Shown here piece after piece: positions 1-13,171 of a DNA stretch of 64,000 bases. The position numbers were made by a program, and so were the translations under genes. The notes beneath the pieces were generated by a model that was given only the letters and a program-made list of their open reading frames with translations, did not search any database and was not told the origin of the DNA. Origin of the DNA: Isurus oxyrinchus (Eukaryota); the NCBI GenBank assembly GCA_026770705.1, contig JANJGN010000546.1:62001-126000 (forward strand), given 5' to 3'. How positions within the stretch are numbered: the stretch's first letter is position 1; every line of letters begins with the position of its first letter.

Positions 1-895
1 GTAGGGAGGGTTGGAAAGGCTGGTGGAGGTTTCAGAGGTAGGGAAGGTTGCAGGGACTGGAGGGGTTTACAGAGATGGGGGAGTTTTTGGGGCAGGATGG
101 GGTTACAGAGATAGGAAGGGTTGTAGGGGCAGGACGAGGTTACATAGATATGGAGTGTGGCTGGGGCTCAGGGAGGCTACAGATAGGGAGGGTTATAATG
201 GCTGGAGGAGGTTACAGAGATAATGGAAGCTTTTAAGGACTGGAGGAGGTTACAGAGATAGGGAGGGTTGTAGTGGGCTGGATGAGGTTACAGAAATATG
301 AAGGGTTGTAAGAGATGGAGCAGCTTACAGAGATAGGGAGAGGTATTCGGTCTGGAGGAGGTTGCAGAGATAGGGGAGGTTGTTAGGACTGAAGGAGGCT
401 ACAAATATCGCGAGGGTTATCGGGGCTTGAGGAGGTTAAAGAGATAGGGAGGGGTGTTGGGTCCGGAGGAGTTTGCAGTGATAGGAATGGTTTTCAGGAT
501 TGGAAGAAGGTACTGAGATAGGAGGGTTGTAGAGACTGGAGGAGTCTCCTGAGATAGGGAGGGTTGTAGGGACTGGAGGAGGCTCCTGAGATAGGGAGGG
601 TTGTAGGGACTGGAGGAGGCTCCTGAGATAGGGAGGGTTGTAGGGACTGGAAGAGGCTCCTGAGATAGGGAGGGTTGTAGGGACTGGAGGAGGCTCCTGA
701 AATAGGGAGGGTTGTAGGGACTGGAGGAGGCTCCTGAGATAGGGAGGGTTGTCGGGACTGGAGGAGGCTCCTGAAATAGGGAGGGTTGTAGGGACTGGAG
801 GAGGCTCCTGAGATAGGGAGGGTTGTAGGGACAGGAGGAGACTCCTGAGATAGGGAATGTTGCCGTGGATGAAGGAAGAGGAGGAGATTACTGTA
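1..895. repeat. 37-bp minisatellite array (GAGATAGGGAGGGTTGTAGGGGCTGGAGGAGGTTACA) contiguous with the 3' end of an L2 LINE
   Basis: Tandem 37-bp units that run directly into the L2 ORF2 remnant at about 900. Confidence 0.9.
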
Positions 896-899
896 ATAG

Positions 900-1880
900 G
901 GAGGAAAAATATTCAAAAATTTGGACATTGAGACTTTGCTTGACCAGGAACCAGTCTCGGGACTTGGTGTGAGTAAGGATGTGGTCAGCAGTTTTGGATG
1001 GCCTCAAGTTTATGGAGTGTAGAGCGTGTGTTGGAACAGTCGAGTCTGGAGGTAATGAAGGCGTGGATGAGGGTTTCAGCAGCAGATGAGCTGAGACAGG
1101 GTGACGTCGTACAATGTTACGGAGGTGGAAATAGACGGTGTTAGTGAGGGCGCAGATATGAGGCCGGAAGCTCATCTCAGGATCAAATGGGACAACAAAG
1201 CTGTGAACAGATTGGCTTCAATCTCAGAGAGCTGCCAGGGAGAGGAATGGAGTTGGTAGCGAGGGAACAGAGTTTGGAGCGGGGAATGAAGACAATGGCT
1301 TCAGTCTTTCCAATATTTAATTGGAGGGAATTTCTGCCCATCCAGTACTGGATGTCGGATAAGCAGCCTGATAATTTAGCAGCAGTGGCGGAGTCGAGAG
1401 AGGTGGTGGTGAGGTAGAGCTGGGGATCCTCAGTGGACAGGTGAAAACTAAAACTGTTCAGATGATGCTGCAAAGCCATTGCAAGTGATTCTCTGGCTAC
1501 GATGAGATGGATAAGAATGGAGCCAGGGGAGAGCAGTCCCACCCAGCTGGACGACAGTGGACAGGTGTTTGAGGAGGATGGTGTGGTCGAGCGTGTCAAA
1601 GGCTGCAGACAGATCGAGAAGGACGAGGAGGGAAAGTTGACCTTTGTCACAGTCACACAGGATTCCATTTCTGACCTTGATAAGAGCTGTTTCAGCACAG
1701 TGGCTGGGGTGGGAACCTGATTGGAGGGATTCAAACATGGAGATCCGGGAAAGATGGGAACGGATTCGGGAGATGGAAACACGTTCAAGGACTTTGGAGG
1801 GGAAAGAGAGGCTGGAGATGGGACGGGGGTTTACACGGACAGTGTGAGGGGTGGAAGGTGTAGTGGGGAGGAGATACTTC
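900..1880 (-). mobile_element. L2-clade LINE ORF2 (reverse transcriptase) fragment, degenerate
   Basis: Frameshifted RT peptides: RPISSLSFPSKVLE, LLVLLDLSAAFDTLDH, WMGRNSLQLNIGKTE, YFHLRNI. Confidence 0.85.
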
Positions 1881-2102
1881 ACTCAGGGGGGAGGTGTCAT
1901 CACCCCTCAGCTCGGTTTACATTACAGCTATGATGTGGATTCAATCACACACAATAAGCTCATGGATCTGGGAGCAGAAATAGACAAATCATTAAAAATA
2001 GTGACGCTGGTTAACACGGCCAAAAAACAAGCAAATCAAACACTATTATTTCCCATTGAGTGTTGGATGTGAATTGTTGAGTAATTATAACACAGCACTT
2101 AC

Positions 2103-2480
2103 CAGAAACCTGAAGCTGGGTTACAGGGTAATAGTTATGGCTCGGACGATTGCCAAATTTTATCGTGAAAAAATAAGGTCCTGCATCTTCCCGTCTGATG
2201 TTGTTTATAATCAGGGAACAGTCGCCATCTTTCAGGTCTCCAGACAGCCGGGTCCGATGGCGGAACCGTGGTAACTCGTGACTGTGACCCTTGGAGTGAA
2301 AGGCTGTAGACCATTTAGACCATTTGTTCCGTATGTAGCTTCTCATTTTCCAGATTCCGACATGTGGTTTCTTTACCAAATCTGATGGATAACTGTAATG
2401 ACATGGAATCTGTACACACGAACCTTCCTGCGCTGTCACCTCTCGTGGAGTGTCACCTTTCCACTCTTGTGACAATCCAA
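2103..2480 (-). CDS. Siglec-like gene A, V-set Ig exon (phase 1-1, 378 nt)
   Basis: ccccAG acceptor and G|GTAAGT donor. Siglec Cys pattern GSCVQIPC...DCSL with no F-strand Cys. F strand reads GPYFFTIK (Thr at the essential Arg position). Confidence 0.9.
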
Positions 2481-2769
2481 CTGGGGAGAGAAATATCAAT
2501 ATTTAACTCTGGATGTTTTGTTGATCCACTAGACTCGATATCCACCCCCTCCATCACTCGGGCACAGTGGCTGCAGTGTGGACCATCTACAGGACACACA
2601 ATGAACTCCACAAGGTATCACACCAGATGGAAGAGAATCCTGGACACAAAAGTGGAAAAGTTCATTCTACATTGGTTCATGGTCCTCAGGACCCTGTTTG
2701 TACAGAAGCCTGCTATCCAACAGAACTGAAGTTGGGACAATGCATTTGGAATTCCACTGTCCGGGGCAT

Positions 2770-5700
2770 TGGGTTAACTTGCTGATTTTGTTTTGCCTAA
2801 AGCAAAATAGGCTTGCGAGAAGCCAGAAGATCCTAGGAGACACCACAGGTTGGTGACTCATTACTACGGCCATGTGAAGCCATGGTGTTCCATTGACACG
2901 GCTGAGCATTGGAGAGACAGGGCGTGGAAGGAAGGCTGAATGCACGTGGCGATCCAGGGGGCAGGAACATGGGAAGGAGAGTTTGAAATAGTGAAAGTGG
3001 ACCCTTGTGGAAGGTGTCTGAGTGAAAGTGTCATGTTGGAGAAGATTCCAAAGTGAGTTCTTGGAGAGTGGAGATTGGAAACTCTCATATGAAAGAAGCT
3101 TTTCAGTGAGACTGGTTGGCTCACAGTGTAACAAGCGTCTGGGGACAGATGAGACATAGATATTGTTTCAAGTGGGCTCTGCCACTTGCTTTCAGAATGT
3201 GGTGTCCCTGACCACAGGGCGTCTATTGGTTTATATCGAAAGTGCACTTAGGGTGAACATGAGAATATAAGATAGTTATTGTAACTTGTGTTCTACTTAT
3301 GAATCTGCAAAGGTATAGAACTGGGTGAAGGTGTAATGTAATATAGTTTGTCTTTCCTAGTTTAATAAATGTTTCACTTTGGCCTGTGAGCAGAACACAG
3401 CTCACACAGTTTGGCCGCAGGTGTCTCCCAGCTTTCTATCCTTGTATATCTGTTCTCATGTCCCTGTTCTAAATAACTGAACCCACAATGTATTTACCCA
3501 ATTCCGTATCAGTGGCTGGTGCCTTTATATCATTAGAAAAACACAACATGGTGATCAGCGGTGGCCAAACATTCTGGCAGCAAGATTCAGTACAGGTATG
3601 ACATGGTGAACAGCCTTAGATCGAACTACATGGCATGAGACGACCCTCGACGCTTTGGTCAGACCACAACAGAGACACAGCATCAGAGAGGGTTGAAATC
3701 GCAGTGTACTGACTGCTCAGGAAACCTTTGAAGACACAGTGACGGGAAAGAGCTCAAGTAAAGAGCTGGGGAGCAGACGGATCCCTCGTGGTGAGATTAC
3801 AGCACACGGCCTGTAGGTCAGTGAGTGGGACAGTGTGTATTGCCAGGACCAGCAGCGGGTTAGCTCAGTCAGGGAAGGCGAGTGACCAGGGTGTGGGCTG
3901 GATTGATAGTGAGCGAGGGAGATTCAAACACACAAAAACCATTATAAAAATCAGCCCAGAGAAGTTAGTGATTATAATGGGCGGCTTTGAGATTGATGAA
4001 CAGCAAATTGAATAAAAAACAAAGACTCCATTACTCCGTGGTGTGTTCCTGCCACAACCCGTCTCCGTGGGCGGAGCTTCAGAAAAGCGCACAAAAGGGG
4101 CTAAAGCGACACTCATCCCAGGTCCTGTAGAAGAAGGAACGTCAAAGGAATATTGTCAGAATGTCCACGAAATTCCCCAGTTTGAACTGGGATGTAGCTG
4201 ACCGACTATCTGAATTCAGAATGTTTAAACAGCGTACAGAGCTCTGGTTTCCTGATTCAGGTGTGACTGAACCAGACGAACCACCCATAAAAATTCACCT
4301 CGCGATTGGGAATGAAGGTCTACACAGGCTGAACACGTCAGGATTAACAGCAGAAGAGCGAAAGGATCCCCAATAGATATGGACGACATTGGAAGACTGG
4401 TTCAGAATCAGGTGAAACTCCATATTCATCAACTAGAGTTTATGTCATTTCATCAGCCTACACAATCCATAGACCACTTCATCAGCCGATGTAGAGAAAA
4501 GGGTACGCACTGTGATTTCAAACACAGAGCCTGCAGACACAGTTGTTGAGTTGGTGATCGCATCCACTCCCATGGAAGCCTTCCAGAAAGATCTGCTAGA
4601 TAAGACCAAAACCTATAGCATTGAAGAGCTACTCTAGGATGGACATAAATACGAAGTGATCCTCGCAGGTCAACGAAGCTTATAGGTCCTCAGTACAACA
4701 TCAATTGTTGACACACTCACTAGAACATCCAAACCTAGTGAGACGTGTGGAAGGTGTGGCCTTCTGCGGACACCAAGGAAATGCCCAGCTTTCCACCAAT
4801 ACTGCAAGGCTTGGGGCAGAAAGGGCCATTGACAGCGGCAGGGCACTAGAGCAAAGGCTGATGCAGCTACAAAGAGCCGTGCGCTGATCCAAACAAACCC
4901 TGCACAACGGGGAACCTTCAAGCAATAAGAATGACCATCCGCTATCCCATCAGGAACATATACATGTGGTGACTGACAAACCAGGAAATGGCGATGATGT
5001 ACACGACGAGACTAGGAGCGGTGATCGATATTCCACCTCTCACACATATCCTGATGTGGCTTGCCAATAAATTGTGGATTGTGGTCTTTATTGATCTCTC
5101 TGGGCACATCAAATAAACTGAAAATGTTCCCATAGGGGTGGGATTTTCTGGCCCCACCCACTTCCATGATTGTCCGGTCCGGCCGAAAACCAATGGATTT
5201 ACGTCTGTCCCAGTCTCAGAAACTATCCCATCAGCTCAGTGCATGACATAACATTGAAATATGCAGAAAGATTCAACAATATTGGCAGTTTCAAGGGAGC
5301 TGCAACATTACACCTGCAGGAGAATGCAAGTCTGTCAGACTCCTTGCATTAAAATTAATACAATCCAACTTTGCCATGCTATCTTGAGCCTTAAATGGCC
5401 AATAATTTCTATGCCTTCCAGGTTCATTTGGTCTCTCTTCTAATTTTGGCTGTGCATCTCTCTCTGTTGAACCTCCTCTCGGGATCCCATCCCCTGCCAT
5501 ATTAGTTTAAAGCCTCCTCAATTGCATCAAGGGTGTAATGTCAGTTGAAACCAGGGACAACATCGAAGAATGACAATCCCACAGATCAATGTGAGCAATT
5601 AAAGAAACCTCCAGACAATTTTGCCACCACAAGATCTCGACATAACAGCAGATTACCTCTACGCTTTAGAGACTCAAATATTCAACAGATCTATACACTT
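2770..5700 (+). mobile_element. Ty3/Gypsy LTR retrotransposon remnant in gene A intron 2
   Basis: ACA|TGGTGATCAG LTR-end/PBS-like junction at 3548. Gag-like LNWDVADRLSEFRMFKQR and degenerate zinc knuckle CGRCG..CPAFHQYCKAWGRKGH near 4745-4830. Block is absent from the paralogous introns. Edges approximate. Confidence 0.65.
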
Positions 5701-6724
5701 ATGTAATTGTCAAGAAATATGAAAATGATACCAGGAACCTCTTGTTCCCTGTCCTTCTCAAAGATCCATCCCTGCAGCAGGAGCCTGAAGAGTTACTGAT
5801 GTGGGGCTTAATTTATCAGATTGTAGAATGATCCGGAACAGAAGGATGCCATTTGGCCCATCGAGCCTGTGCTGGGCCTTTGAAAAATCTGTCCAATTAG
5901 TCCCATTCTAACCTCTGCTCTCTCCTCCACAGCCCTGCAAAATGTCTCCTTCAAGTACTTATCTAGTTCCCTTTCTGAAAGTTCCTGTTGAATCTGCTGC
6001 CACCGCCCTTTCAGGCAGTGAGTCAATGGTCTCTCTCTGAGCTGCAAAGTGCTAATGTTCTGAGAACTTTAAACTCTGCAGCAGATCAGAGACAATCATG
6101 ATAACTCAGAATATTTGACAGTTTTACACACAGACAGCTTTACCTTCCTTCCCTCTTTCAGTTATCTTGCTCCCTTATTGAAGTATCTAGCATGGTGAGA
6201 ATGGACAGGAAGTGTGACACTGAACAGCCTGTCTATTCTAGGAGCTGCTGTGTTGTCTTCATGGGCAATTCTGACAAAATCAGCAAAAGACACAAAATTT
6301 CAGGGCATTGTTATCCGAGTCCCAGCATCAGGATAGACTTCATCCCCCAGTTGGTATTCCTGATTCTCTATTCAGCTGATCGCTCCCCTGTCACTGGCTG
6401 AACTACACTGGCTCCCAGTCCAGCAATGACTCAAATTTCAAATTCTCATCATCGATTTCTTACCCCACCATCCCCCCTCTACACTCCCGATCCCTGTAAC
6501 CTCCTCCAACCCTAAAACCCTCTGAGATCTCTGCTCTCCTCCAATTCTGCTGTCAGACAGGGAGTCAGTGTATATCAGTGAGCACAGGGGTGATGGGTGA
6601 ATGGGACTTGGTGTGAGTTTGTGCACTGGCTCACTGCTGAATCGGTTCCCAATCACACTCAATAAGAATGATCTTTTACAAAGACTATTAGCCATAAACC
6701 AGTCCGAGCTGACGATGTTATTAC

Positions 6725-6764
6725 CTTGGAGAAGTGACATGAGGAAGTAGGATTTCCCGATCAT
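6725..6764 (-). CDS. Gene A signal-peptide exon, coding part MIGKSYFLMSLLQ (whole exon 6725-6806)
   Basis: ATG at 6764 and CAAG|GTAAT phase-1 donor that joins the V exon in frame (LLQ-VGLSQEW). Confidence 0.85.
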
Positions 6765-7213
6765 TGTCCACTCCCAGATATTTCATAAGCTTCTGACTCT
6801 CAAACTCTGAAAGAGAAAGGAGTTAATGAGACCTCACCTCTTGTCCGACAGCTCTCAAGAGATCAGAACTGTTTTTGGACAATGTCTTTACAGAGTAATT
6901 TGATTCTCTGTGGGATGATAGGTGCTCTGCAGAGAGTTACAAGGCTTTAAGAAAGAAAAACATTGAAGGATTTGCATTTCTATAGCACCTTTCACCACCT
7001 CAAGACGTCCCAAAGCTCATGTCTCTGCACTTCCCTCATCCCTTGAGCTAGAAAGATGTTCTGTACAACAGACTTGAGTCTCACACCCAGATCTCAATAA
7101 CCAGTAGAAATCTTTCAAATGCATCAATCATTGGATCTGTCTTTATAAAGTCACAACATCAACAAAGGACGGTGTTGGTGGTGGAAGTGAATTCTAATCG
7201 TTCCGTTACTTAC

Positions 7214-7354
7214 CCAGGACATGTCCGACTGCTCGCCTGGGGATGAACTGCCCACACGCTCTGCTTGGGCTGAATGACCTCTTCCTGTGCTGCTCCCTCT
7301 GTGTATTTAATTAGAAAGGGTGGATGTGTCACTGTGAGACAAAATGAGGAAGTG
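7214..7354 (-). promoter_or_regulatory. Gene A putative non-coding exon 1 and promoter (TTAAATA box 7304-7310; PU.1/ETS motif AAAATGAGGAAGTG 7341-7354)
   Basis: CCTGG|GTAAGT donor at 7214/7213. Block conserved in four copies in this window. Confidence 0.6.
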
Positions 7355-7559
7355 GGTAACCAGTGAGAAGATCGAGGATGTTTTGTGCTCTCAGCAAAAC
7401 GCTTACCATGTGATGATCTGTCAGCTCATATTTGGGCAGCTGTAGTCATGAAGCTTCTCCATTGGCTCTGTGGGATTAGACTCCTGCCCCTCACCTCGGA
7501 GGCTGAAACTCAGGCGATAAGAGTTCCCAATACAGGTCTCTGGCCTTATGATACATTTC

Positions 7560-10320
7560 AACGATCCCTGTTATCATTACGGAGGGAGTGCTGCACTGTC
7601 AGCGGGAGTTTACTGTGGGAGTGCTGCACTATCAGAGGGTCAGTAATGTGGGAGGGCTGCACTGTCAGAGAGTCAGTAATGTGGGAGGGCTGCACTGTCA
7701 GAGAGTCAGTAATGTGGGAGTGCTGCAACATCAGAGCGTCAGTAATGAGGGAGTGCTGCACTATCAGAGGGTAAGTAATAAGGGAGTGCTGAACTGTCGG
7801 TGGGTCTGAACTGAGTGAGTTCCGCACAGTTGGAGGGTCAGTATTGAGGGGGTGCCGGACTGTGGGAGGGTTAGTACTGAGGTAGAGTGGAGTGTGAGGA
7901 GATATCCTTTCATGGCAAAGTTTAACTGGAATTTATTTAAACACAATTCTTGTACTGTGTGTTATTGCAAAAGAAAGGATTTGAGGAACTAAGTCTTGTT
8001 CCCGTAAGCCTAAAAATAATTTTCACGGATTTCAATGATTTAGCAATGAAACCTCCCTCTTTGTGCACCAGTCTTGATTGAAACAACTCGCTCAGCACAG
8101 TGGGAGGGTGAGTACTGAGGGAGTGCTGCACTGTGGGAGGGTGAGTACTGAGGGAGTGCTGCACTGTGGGAGTATGAGTACTGAGGGAGTGCTGCACTGT
8201 GGGAGAGTGAGTACTGAGGGAGTGCTGCACTGTCAGAGGTTCAGTAATGAGGGAGTGCTGCACTGTCAGAGGGTCAGTAATGTGGGAGGGCTGCACTGTC
8301 AGAGGGTCAGTAATGTGGGAGGGCTGCACTGTCAGAGGGTCAGTAATGTGGGAGGTCTGCACTGTCAGATGGTCAGTAATGAGGGAGTGCTGCACTGTCA
8401 GAGGGTCAGTAATGTGGGAAGGCTGCACTGTCAGAGGGTCAGTAATGTGGGAGTGTTGCACTGTCGGAGGGTCAGTACTGAGTGAGTTCCGCACAGTTGG
8501 AGGGTCAGTATTGAGGGGGTGCCGGACTGTGGGAGGGTTAGTACTGAGGTAGAGCGGAGCGTGAGGAGATATCCTTTCATGGCAAAGTTTAACTGGAATT
8601 TATTTAAACAGAATTCTTGTACTGTGTGTTATTGCAAAAGAAAGGATTTGAGGAACTAAGTCTTGTTCCCGTAAGCCTAAAAATAATTTTCACGGATTTC
8701 AATGATTTAGCAATGAAACCTCCCTCTTTGTGCACCAGTCTTGATTGAAACAACTCACACAGCACTGTGGGAGGGTGAGTACTGAGGGAGGGCTGCACTT
8801 CGGGAGAGTGAGTACTGAGGGAGGGCTGCACTGTGGGAGGGTGAGTACTGAGGGAGGGCTGCACTGTGGTTTGTGAGTACTGAGGGAGTGCTGCACTGTG
8901 GGAGAGTGAGTACTGAGGGAGTGCTGCACTGTCAGAGGATCAGTAATGAGGGAGTGCTGCACTGTCAGAGGGTCAGTAATGTGGGAGGGCTGCACTGTCA
9001 GAGGGTCAGTAATGTGGGAGGTCTGCACTGTCACGTGGTCAGTAATGAGGGAGTGCTGCACTATCAGAGGGTCAGTAATGTGGGAGGGCTGCACTGTCAG
9101 AGGGTCAGTAATGTGGGAGGGCTGCACTGTCAGAGGGTCAGTAATGTGGGAGGTCTGCACTGTCAGTTGGTCAGTAATGAGGGAGTGCTGCACTATCAGA
9201 GGGTCAGTAATGTGGGAGGGCTGCACTGTCAGATGGTCAGTAATGAGGGATTGCTGCACTGTCAGAGGGTCAGTAATGTGGGAGGGCTGCACTGTCAGAG
9301 GGTCAGTAATGTGGGAGTGCTGCACTGTCGGAGGGTCTGTACTGAGTGAGTTCCGCACAGTTGGAGGGTCAGTATTGAGGGGGTGCCGGACTGTGGGAGG
9401 GTTAGTACTGAGGTAGAGCGGAGAGATATCCTTTCATGGCAAAGTTTAACTGGAATTTATTTAAACACAATTCTTGTACTGTGTGTTATTGCAAAAGAAA
9501 GGATTTGAGGAACTAAGTTTTGTTCCCGTAAGCCTAAAAATAATTTTCACGATTTCAATGATTTAGCAATGAAACCTCCCTCTTTGGGCATCAGTCTTGA
9601 TTGAAACAACTCGCACAGCACAGTGGGAGGGTGAGTACTGAGGGAGGGCTGAACTGTGGGAGGGTGAGTACTGAGGGAGGGCTGCACTGTGGTTTGTGAG
9701 TACTGAGGGAGTGCTGCACTGTGGGAGAGTGAGTACTGAGGGAGTACTGCACTGTGGGAGGGTGAGTACTGAGGGAGGGCTGCACTTCGGGAGAGTGAGT
9801 ACTGAGGGAGGGCTGCACTGTGGGAGGGTGAGTCCTGAGGGAGTGCTGCACTGTGGGAGGGTGAGAATTGAGGGAGTACTGCACTGTGGGAGTGTCAGTA
9901 CTGAGGGAGTGCTGAACTGTCGGAAGGTCAGTAGTGAGGGAGGGATACAGTGTCAGAGGGTCAGTACTGAGGGAATGCTGCACTGTCAGTTTGTCAGCAC
10001 TGTGGGAGTGCTGCACAGTCAGAAGGTGTGTACCGAGGGAGTGCCGAACTGTCGGAAGGTCAGTAGTGAGGGAGGGATACAGTATCAGAGGATCAGTACT
10101 GAGGTAATGCTGCACTGTGGGTGAGTGAGTACTGAGGGAGTGCTGCACTGTCAGATTGTCATCCATGAGGGAGTGCTGCACTGTCAGAAGGTCAGTGCTG
10201 ACGGGGTGCTGCACTTGAAAAGGGTCAATAATGAGGTAGTGCAGCACTGTCAGAGGGACAGTAATGAGGGAGCGCTGCACTGACGGAGGGTCAGCACTGA
10301 GGAAACGCTGCACTGTCAGT
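7560..10320. repeat. 33-bp satellite arrays interleaved with three copies of a ~190-bp AT-rich block
   Basis: GAGATATCCTTTCATGGCAAAG...GAAACAACTC recurs at about 7900, 8567 and 9425. Confidence 0.9.
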
Positions 10321-11049
10321 TCTGAGCGTGGTCTGCACTGTTCTAAGTGCATTCTAGGCACTGCCCAAGGTTCCGCCTGATGTCCGTGTAACAACAACAT
10401 CATGTACACGTCGAGAATATTTCCCACTGTTCGGTGCAGCAAGACAGCTTTGGAATGGCACCACCACTGGCAGGAGTGTGAAACTACAATGTGACATGTT
10501 TACATGGGAAATTTCTATTATAAAGCTGGGCACAGGAATTCGTATGATAGAACAAATGTGACAACATGAAGTAATGTCTTTGAGCCAAAAATTTGGCTTC
10601 AAAATAAGAATTTTAATCTATAAATATCTACAGAACAGGCTGAGCATTTTAATCACTTGTGTTAATCAATGTAATTTTATTCATAACCCAAATGCTTCTT
10701 ACAATCTATCGCAGCATGAAAAAGGTGCAGCATTCAGAAAGCACATTCCAATCAGAGAACAGAGTTTAGCAACGTCACATTTCCGTTCATTCCTATTCGA
10801 CCATGTTGGCTGCACACAGCCAGATAATGCCGTGGTTATGATGTGTCCACACAGCAGGACTGGGGAGCACCAGGTATAAGGAAAAGTTTCAGCTTGCTGA
10901 GGAGAAGAAGGAGAATCTCTCGTTGCAGGTTTCTCTCCGTACATTAAGAAGCAGGCATGCCGATGTTTCATTGCACTCTGTCTGCTGATGGGAGTCCGCT
11001 TGGAAATTGCTGTTTGTGCTGATGGAAAGAATAAGCTTTTCATAAATCG

Positions 11050-11640
11050 AGGGATTGAGTAAAAACACAGGGAGGTTATGCTGAACATTTATAAAGCTCT
11101 GGTTAGGTCACAACTAGAGTATTGTGTCCAGTTCTGGTCTCCTCACTTTGGGAAGGAAGTGAGGGTCCTTGAGAGGGTGGGGAGGAGATTGAGCAGAATG
11201 GGTCCAGGGATGAGGGATTTTAGCTACAAGGTTGGGTTGGAGAAGCTGGGGTTGTTCTCCTTGGAGCAAAGGAGATTGAGGGGGGATCTGATCGAGGTGT
11301 ACAAGATGATGATGGGTTTAGATAAGGCAGACAAAGAGATGCTGTTGCCATTAGCTGATGGTACAAGGACTGGGGGACACAGATTGAAGGATTTGGACAG
11401 GGGGTGATGTGAGAAGGAACTTTTTTACACAGCGAGTGGTAATGAGCTGGAACTCGCTGCCTACGAGGATGGTGGAAGTGGAGACGATGAACGATTTCAA
11501 AAGGAAATTGGATGGACACATGAGGGGAAATAAACTCACAGGGATACGGGGATAGAGCGGGGGAAATGGGACTGAGTGGATTGCTCTACAGAGAGGCAGC
11601 ATGGACTCAATGGGCTGAATGGGCTCCTACTGTGCTGGAA
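11050..11640 (+). mobile_element. CR1 LINE 3' fragment in the gene B 3' region
   Basis: YKALVRSQLEYCVQFWSPH, LEQRRLRGDLIEVYK and CR1 tail GGGCTGAATGG. Inverted twin at about 45750-46360. Confidence 0.9.
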
Positions 11641-11758
11641 TACCTCTCTGATACGAAGGTGATTCTAACCAGGACACTGACCAGTTTCATTACAACTTAA
11701 CCCAACATCACACGTTATTTGTCCGCACTGACTGACCAGATTGTTGCTGTACAAAGCT

Positions 11759-11898
11759 TCAAACAGTCTGTCGACTTCCTTTCACTGTTTGTCTCTCCCA
11801 GACACAGACTCCAGTGATAGTGATAACCACAGCCACAAGGAATATCACAGCTCGTATTCCCAGGATCAGGATCACGTGCAGAATCTCTCCTCCACTGT
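11759..11898 (-). CDS. Gene B transmembrane/terminal exon: (D)SGGEILHVILILGIRAVIFLVAVVITITGVCVWERQTVKGSRQTV*
   Basis: Pyrimidine tract plus TCTAG acceptor, phase 1. Hydrophobic helix with internal Arg. TGA at 11759-11761. Confidence 0.85.
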
Positions 11899-13018
11899 CT
11901 AGAGAACACACAGAAAGAAATCATCACTGACTCTCCGCTTTCAATCTCTCACTCTGGCTGAACAATCAAGCTTCATATCACTGCAACATTTGCTGTAATA
12001 TTGACTCATCCACTGGGATTCAATGTGGAATGAATGTTTTCATTGTAAACACTCGAAGAGTGGACAATCGGAACTTTCCCGTTAGCGTGGAACATTGGTG
12101 AGAATGGATCATTGTGCTGTTGGACTCCCTGTCCAATGTTTCTCTCCATCACTGTGTACAGGATTGTGCTGTAGAAAATTCTGGAAACGTTTAGTGCAGG
12201 GTGGAAATCCATCTCGGACGCGTGTGTGATTCGGGCAGGATCGAGATGGACTCCCCCACGGACTTACACCCCCCGCTTAATAAACAGTTCCAATCTTTAC
12301 CCAGAGAGAGGGGAGAATGTGGAACTCGCTCCCACTGGGAGTGGTTGAGGTGAGTAGTAGCGAATTAGGAAGTGAAATTGCTTGAAAAGCTGGGAGATGC
12401 AAGGGTTAAGTGCAACCGTGCCACCACTGGTGGGAGAGTGTAACTACAGCATAACGTTTACATAGGCAATCCCCATTATGAACATGGACATTGGACATCA
12501 TGTGAAATATGTGCACTGGAAAGCTGAGAACTTGATGTAAGCTTTTCACCAACAGGAATTCCCTTCCTAAACCTCTCCACCTCTCACTTACTCTCAGATA
12601 CTCAAACAAAATTTCACACAAAATCACGTAAGGACGAGTTGGGACAGGTGACTGGTCAAAGGGTTAGGTTTCAGGAAGCTTCTTAAAGGAGGATAGAGAG
12701 TTGGAGAGGCAGAGAGTATCTGTGAGTATCTCTGTGCATCTGAGTGTCTGTAGTAGACTTTGAAATTTCCATATTCTTCCATTAATATGAAAGGGAACAC
12801 AAATCCCAGAATCCAGGTCAACTCTCCGGTGCAACACTGAAGGAGGTCAGGAAACCCACAGGGCAGTATGTGATAGTGTATTTGTTTGTGAGTGTGTCTT
12901 TGTGTGTGCTCATAGATGTGGGATTGTGTGTCTGCAGCTGTCTATTTAGGTCTGTATATTTATGTGTGTTTGTGTAGTGTTTGAATCTAAGAGAGATGTT
13001 GAAGTCTGTGTAACTCAC

Positions 13019-13171
13019 GTTCCACAGTGATGGTTATGAACCCCTCCACTGCTCCATGTTCATTCTCTGCCACACACTGATAGTCTCCAGTGTCCATGGA
13101 TGTAACATGAGGAATCACCAACCACAGCTCATTGTTGGAACTTGTTCTGTTCATTGGGACATTGAGATGTC
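13019..13171 (-). pseudogene. 3' half remnant of the third Ig exon of gene B (acceptor and 5' half replaced)
   Basis: Encodes HLNVPMNRTSSNNELWLVIPHVTSMDTGDYQCVAENEHGAVEGFITITVE with a GTGAGT donor. Homology to exon 43506-43787 stops at about 13171. Confidence 0.85.

Noticed and set aside
2011-2499. ORF-track termini MIFLSP.. and ..GKCCVIITQQF as real protein ends
   Set aside because: They are read-through into introns beyond the AG and GT sites
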